Assembly: GCF_006345805.1 (NCBI RefSeq)
Contig: NW_021826650.1
Coordinates: 1-12,326 of the forward strand
Length of the DNA stretch: 12,326 bases
Reading direction: 5' to 3'
DNA from: Octopus sinensis
Taxonomy: Eukaryota
Shown here: positions 7,715-12,326 of the stretch, piece after piece
Layout of the letters: each line of letters starts with the position of its first letter
How positions within the stretch are numbered: position 1 is the stretch's first letter
Notes under the pieces: model-generated
Database searches by the model: none
Told to the model about the DNA's origin: nothing
Seen by the model: only the letters and a program-made list of their open reading frames with translations
Position numbers and translations under genes: made by a program

Positions 7715-8120
7715 TTTTAAATGTTGGCATGGCTTGGATAGTTTGACATGGAGCCGACCAGATGGGAGCTGTCCATATTCCAGTTGTCTGCTGTGGCATA
7801 GTTTGTACAGCTGGGTGCCCTTCCTGATGCCAACCACTTTACAGAGAGTGCTGGATGCTTTTATGTGCCACTGGCACAAGAACTTTTTAAGTGGCACCGG
7901 CACCTGAAAGGAGAAGCCCGTATGTGTAGAAGACGGCAATTTTATTTAGCTTGATGTGTCTTATCAAGTACAGCAAATTGCCACAACTCCAGGTCCCTTG
8001 TCATTTCCTCAGTGAGGCCCAGTGTCCAAAGACCCTTTCTCACCACTTCAACATCCCACGTCTTCCTGGGTCTTCTCCTTCCACAATTAGAGCTCAGCAC
8101 TTCATTACAGAGCTGCACTC
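7715..8120 (-). mobile_element. Older RTE LINE 3' fragment with short 3' UTR
   Basis: Diverged terminus (TACAGCTGGGTGCCCTTCCTGATGCCAACCAC) linked to the ORF2 remnant at 7942-8120. Confidence 0.8.
7942..8120 (-). pseudogene. RTE ORF2 C-terminal remnant, frameshifted
   Basis: 8085-7942 translates CGRRRPRKTWDVEVVRKGLWTLGLTEEMTRDLELWQFAVLDKTHQAK*, carrying the GRP..TW and ..W motifs typical of RTE ORF2 ends. Upstream, in another frame, ECSSVMKC*ALIVE. Confidence 0.8.
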
Positions 8121-8215
8121 AGAACCATTACATTTCAGTAAAGACAGTTTTAGGATTTGTTTAAGTTTTTGAAGAAATTTAACTTAAGAAAGAAAAAAAA
8201 AAATGAGACAAATTT

Positions 8216-8372
8216 CTTTGTTACCAATCCTCACTTGTTTTGAACTGAGGTAATATTTCCCCATGGACAGGCAACGGGCATGCTCTCACAGAATATTAGA
8301 AACAAGTGACACTGCTTGTATGACAGGGACACTCATTTACAACTAGCATGTGATGTCAAGATAAAGACTCAC
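8216..8372 (-). mobile_element. Fragment of the RTE-tailed SINE body
   Basis: Reverse complement resembles 7234-7375 (GACATCA, GTTGT.AATGAG, ATGG.GAAATA.TA). Confidence 0.55.
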
Positions 8373-8502
8373 ATATACCCATACATACAAAACATACATA
8401 CAACATATACACACACATATACATACATATATAAATTTAGTCAGTAATAATACACCATTAAGGGAAAGAAGATCTATCATACTGATATATATATGAATAT
8501 AT

Positions 8503-8833
8503 ATCATCATCATCGTTTAACGTCCGTTTTCCGTGCTAGCACGGGTTGGACGGTTCGACCGGGGTCTGGGAAGCCTGGAGGCTGCGCCAGGCCCAGTCTG
8601 ATCTGGCAGTGTTTCTACAGCTGGATGCCCTTCCTAACGCCAACCACTCCGGGAGTGCACATAAAAAGCACCAACTACACTCACGGAGTGGTTGGCATTA
8701 GGAAGGGCATCCAGCTGTAGAAACACTGCCAGATCAGACTGGGTCTGGTGCAGCCTCCTGGCTTCCCAGACCCCAGTTGAACCATCCAACCCATGCTAGC
8801 ATGGAAAGCGGACGTTAAACGATGATGATGATG
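8503..8833. mobile_element. Fold-back of two RTE 3' ends, tails pointing outward
   Basis: 8503-8657 and 8678-8832 are inverted copies (about 11 differences in ~155 bp) with a 20-nt spacer. Confidence 0.9.
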
Positions 8834-8930
8834 AGGATGGAATGACCTCATCAGGATTTGAACTCCTAACACAATGTGCTGGTCTGAGAATATGGCAGTT
8901 GATAACAATCAGAAATCACATACCACATAA

Positions 8931-9091
8931 GTGCAGGTGGTGTGGCGGTGTGGTAAGAAGCTTGCTTCCCAACCACATCCTTCCGGGTTCAGTCCCGCTG
9001 CATGACATCCTGGGCAAGTGTCTTCTATAGCTTCAGGCTGACCAAAGCTTTGTGAGTAAATTTGGTAGACAGAAACTGAAAGAAGCCTGTC
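8931..9091 (+). mobile_element. SINE 5' half (tRNA head plus CORE-like region), running into microsatellite
   Basis: Aligns with 11646-11800 (GGTTCAGTCCC, CTGGGCAAGTGTCTT, GAAACTGAAAGAAGCC). Confidence 0.8.
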
Positions 9092-9212
9092 ACATATATG
9101 TATGTGTGTGTGTGTATATGTATGACTGCATGGCATACATATATATATGTGTATGTGTATGTGTGTGTTTATGTTATGCCTGCATGATGATGATGGTGGT
9201 GATTATATATAT

Positions 9213-9625
9213 AGTTCTTTACTACCCACAAGGGGCTAAACATAGAGAGGACAAACAAGGACAGACAAACGGATTAAGTCGATTACATCGAGCCCAGTAC
9301 GTAACTGGTACTTAATTTATTGATCCCGAAAGGACGAAAGGCAAAGTCGACCTCAGCAGAATTTGAACTCAGAACGTAAAGACAGACGAAATACCTATTT
9401 CATTACTACCCACAAGGGGCTAAATACAGAGGGGACAAACAAGGACAGACGAACGGATTAAGTCGATTACATTGAACCCAGTACGTAACTGGTACTTAAT
9501 TTATTGAGCCCGAAAGGATGAAAGGCAAAGTCGACCTCGGCGGAATTTGAACTCAGAACGTAACGGCAACGAAATACGGCTACGCATTTCGCCCGGCGTG
9601 CTAACGTTTCTGCCAGCTCACTGCC
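9213..9625 (-). mobile_element. tRNA-derived SINE family C with tandemly duplicated 184-bp body
   Basis: Minus-strand head GGCAGTGAGCTGGCAGAAACGTTAGC...GAGTTCAAATTCC (B box). TTACTACCCACAAGGGGC recurs at 9219 and 9403. The GAGGTCGACTTTGCCTTTCATCCTTTCGG segment resembles the Meta/MESC-type SINE central domain (from recall). Confidence 0.85.
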
Positions 9626-9639
9626 TTATTATATATATA

Positions 9640-10123
9640 TAATATAATATTAGGAGTAAATCCAAACTTACAGGGAAAAATTAGATTTAGGATTAAATCT
9701 AATTTTACAGAATAAATATAATTAAAATTAGAGATAAAACCACTATTAGGCAAATCAACAGTGAAAAACATAAACCAAAAAAAAGAAATAAAATTAATTG
9801 ATATAATATACAAAATATATAAAATTCAAAATTATATTAATTAATTTTATTTCTATGTCTTGGTTTATGTTTTTCAGTTTGATTTGCCTAATAGTGGTTT
9901 TATCTCTAATTTAATTTATATATCGCCATGTTGAATCGCTAGCTCCTGCACGCATTTTTTTTTCTCTCCTTATTCTTTTTCTGTGTCCCTTTCTGTTGAA
10001 GAGCGTAGGCTCGAAACGTAAAAGACTTGTTTTATTTATATTCCTGAGTGCCATACTAATACAATTGTTTGTTTGTACTCCACCTGCCTTCGTCTTTTGT
10101 TTATTTTCATAAAGCTTCCCGTT
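9640..10123 (+). mobile_element. Probable Penelope-like element terminus with inverted segment and hammerhead motif
   Basis: Minimal hammerhead at 9989-10024, an ~87-bp inverted repeat (9720-9807/9831-9916), bounded by TA tracts. No PLE RT or GIY-YIG coding sequence is visible. Confidence 0.55.
9989..10024 (+). ncRNA. Minimal type I hammerhead ribozyme motif (core variant)
   Basis: Stem I CTTT(9989-9992)/AAAG(10021-10024); core CTGTTGA (consensus CUGANGA); extra A; stem II GAGC-gtag-GCTC; GAAA; palindromic ACGT in place of stem III; GUA cleavage triplet (10018-10020). Confidence 0.6.
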
Positions 10124-10143
10124 ATAATATATATATATATATG

Positions 10144-10177
<34 letters not shown>

Positions 10178-10248
10178 CATATAAGTAAGGGTTAAAGAAA
10201 ATTATTTCAAAGCCAATATGCTGATAACAGACTATTAAATCGTCAATT

Positions 10249-10421
10249 TCCACATATGATTTACTCGCTACAGCAAAAACCGAAGAACTGAAGTCGGGCG
10301 AGCCAAGATTAATTCCGAAATTGATTCAATATAGAGATAACAATTTTTTAAAAATTCTAACGGCTTGCTAGCCAGACTTCAGTTCTTCAGTTTTTGCTGT
10401 AGCGAGTAAATTATATGTGGA
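10249..10421. repeat. 55-bp inverted repeat with 63-bp spacer (MITE-like)
   Basis: 10249-10303 versus the reverse complement of 10367-10421 match 51/55. Confidence 0.9.
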
Positions 10422-10531
10422 GCCCTTGTTTATAAGTTGTTTATAATTTTAACCGTAAAGGTATTTTAATATGCTGCCACATTTCTTGATTGAATTTTTT
10501 TCTGAGAAAAAATCTTCATCCTATATTAGTA

Positions 10532-10578
<47 letters not shown>

Positions 10579-10599
10579 GAATACATCTGGTATGTTTGT

Positions 10600-10812
10600 T
10601 TTTCACCAGTGCTTGAATCAGTGTTGGTTTGTTTATGTCCTTGTAACTTAGCAGTTTGGCAAAAGACAACCAATAGAATAAGTACCAGGCTTTTAAAAAA
10701 AAAAAACTACTGGGGGAGAAGGATTTATTCAGCTAAAATGTCTTCAATGTGGTGCCCCAGCATGGCCACAGTTTAATGACTGAAACAAGTAAAAGATTAA
10801 AACATAAAAGAA
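10600..10812 (+). mobile_element. Family A SINE 3' half
   Basis: Colinear with 11870-12060. Confidence 0.7.
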
Positions 10813-10902
10813 AACATCGGAAGACAGTGTAGTCGACACATTAATGACACAAGTTCAAACCCAGCTTGAGTCGTCTGAATGCATGTGGGACCGGTGTACG
10901 TA

Positions 10903-11180
10903 TGCAGGTGTGGCTGTGTGGTAAGAGGTTTGCTTCCCAACCACAAGGTTCCAGGTTCAGTCCCACTGTGTGGTACCTTGGGCAAGTTTCTTCTACTACA
11001 GCCTTGGGCCGACCAAAGCCTTGTAGTTGGATCTTGTAAATGGAAACTGAAAGAAGCCCATCATACATACATACACATATACATACATACATGCAAACAT
11101 ACATACATAGATACATACAATCATTCATACATACAATCATACATACATATATACATACATATATACATACATACATACAA

Positions 11181-11212
<32 letters not shown>

Positions 11213-11600
11213 ACCTACCTACCTACATACATACATACACACACACATACCTACTTACCTACCTACATACAAACATACACACACACACATACATACATAC
11301 ATACATACATACATACCTACTTACTTACCTACCTACCTACCTACATACATACTTATATATATACACACATATATCTGTGTATGCTTTATGTTTGTTTGTC
11401 ACGCACTAATATCTGACAACCAGTATTGGTTTGTTTACATCCCCATAACTTAGCAGTTTGGCATAAAAAGACGAATCGGAAAAGTAACAGGCTTTAAAAA
11501 GTAAATCCTGGGGGTCAATTTGTTTGACTAAACCCTTCAAGGCAGTTCCCCAGCATAACTGCAGTCCAATGACTGAAGCAAGATAAAACAAAAGATAAAC
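10903..11600 (+). mobile_element. Full-length family A SINE with expanded central (TACA)n/(TACC)n microsatellite
   Basis: Head 10903-11060 and 3' half ~11375-11600 align with the adjacent copy. About 300 bp of tetranucleotide repeat lies between them. Confidence 0.85.
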
Positions 11601-11645
11601 ATTGCATCTGTGTGGATGGGTGTATATATATATATATATATATAT

Positions 11646-12067
11646 GTAGGAGTGGCTGTGTGGTAAGTAGCTTGTTTACCGACCACATGGTTCCGGGTTC
11701 AGTCCCACTACGTGGCACCTTGGGCAAGTGTCTTCTACTATAGCCTCGGGCCGACCAAAGCCTTGTGAGTGGATTTGGCAGACGGAAACTGAAAGAAGCC
11801 CGTCGTATATATGTATATATATATATGTGTGTTTGTGTGTGTATATGTTTGTGTGTCTGTGTTTGTACTCCCAATATCGCTTGACAACCGATGCTGGTGT
11901 GTTTACATCCCCGTAACTTAGCGGTTCGGCAAAAGAGACCGATAGAGTAAGTACTAGGTTTACAAAAGAATAAGTCCCGGGGTCGAGTTGCTCGATTAAA
12001 GGCTGTGCTTCAGCATGGCCACAGTCAAATGACTGAAACAAGTAAAAGAGTAAAAGAGAGTAAAGAG
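11646..12067 (+). mobile_element. Full-length, youngest-looking family A tRNA/CORE-type SINE (OR2-like by recall)
   Basis: A-box-like TGGCTGTGTGG (11653-11663), B-box-like GGTTCAGTCCC (11696-11706), CORE-like ACCTTGGGCAAGTGTCTT (11717-11734), central microsatellite, (GTAAAAGA)n tail. Sits inside a (TA)n tract. Confidence 0.9.
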
Positions 12068-12110
12068 TATATATATATATATATATATAATATACACACA
12101 CACATATATA

Positions 12111-12326
12111 TAAGGGTGCAATGGTTAAATTAGCGCCATTTTATATTTTTTATTTCACGTATATGCATTGCTTGGCTTTCATTTTGTCAACTACACAGTA
12201 TCGTAGGGTCAGTTGGGCACAGGCTGGCATTCGCGCTAGAAGCTCCAATACGAACATTTCAGAGTGTTTAGGTGTCAATCTAAGTACAGGGCAATCTGAG
12301 GATATGTGCCGAGAGAGATAAAAATC
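12111..12326 (+). mobile_element. Probable 5' end of a decayed Tc1/mariner-superfamily transposon
   Basis: Begins TA..AAGGGTGC after a TA tract. 12226-12288 translates GIRARSSNTNISECLGVNLST, resembling a transposase N-terminal helix-turn-helix. Runs off the window. Confidence 0.45.

Noticed and set aside
10841-11453. ORFs of 123-176 aa with HTYI/PTYL repeats
   Set aside because: They are the SINE head plus the (TACA)n/(TACC)n microsatellite read through.
11646-11720. Possible tRNA genes at SINE heads (also 1334, 8931, 9540-9625, 10903)
   Set aside because: They have A/B-box-like motifs but no complete cloverleaf, and each continues into SINE body sequence.
12121-12321. 66-aa ORF as an intact transposase start
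   Set aside because: Only about 21 codons look HTH-like, the surrounding residues do not, and the frame appears disrupted. Treated as a decayed remnant.

Overview
Eukaryotic non-coding, repeat-saturated DNA. The SINE, RTE and microsatellite repertoire is what I recognise from octopus (coleoid cephalopod) genomes; this is inference from recall, not a database hit. I see no host protein-coding exon. The long ORFs in the track are translations of (TA)n/(CA)n/(TACA)n microsatellites or of retroelement 3' UTRs. The window holds: about eight copies or fragments of tRNA-derived CORE-type SINEs; a second, dimeric tRNA-SINE family; five or six 5'-truncated RTE-clade LINE 3' ends, two keeping the ORF2 C-terminus; a 307-bp non-autonomous Helitron; TTAA (piggyBac-type) and TA (Tc1/mariner-type) MITEs; a 108-bp tandem array; and two Penelope-like terminal fragments carrying minimal hammerhead-ribozyme motifs. 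The most notable structure is two multi-layer nested insertion clusters and an unusual density of fold-back structures: a pri-miRNA-shaped 35-bp hairpin, a 36-bp perfect palindrome, and 155-, ~87- and 55-bp inverted repeats. Nothing here proves a new biological system. The hammerhead variants and the hairpins are the best testable leads.
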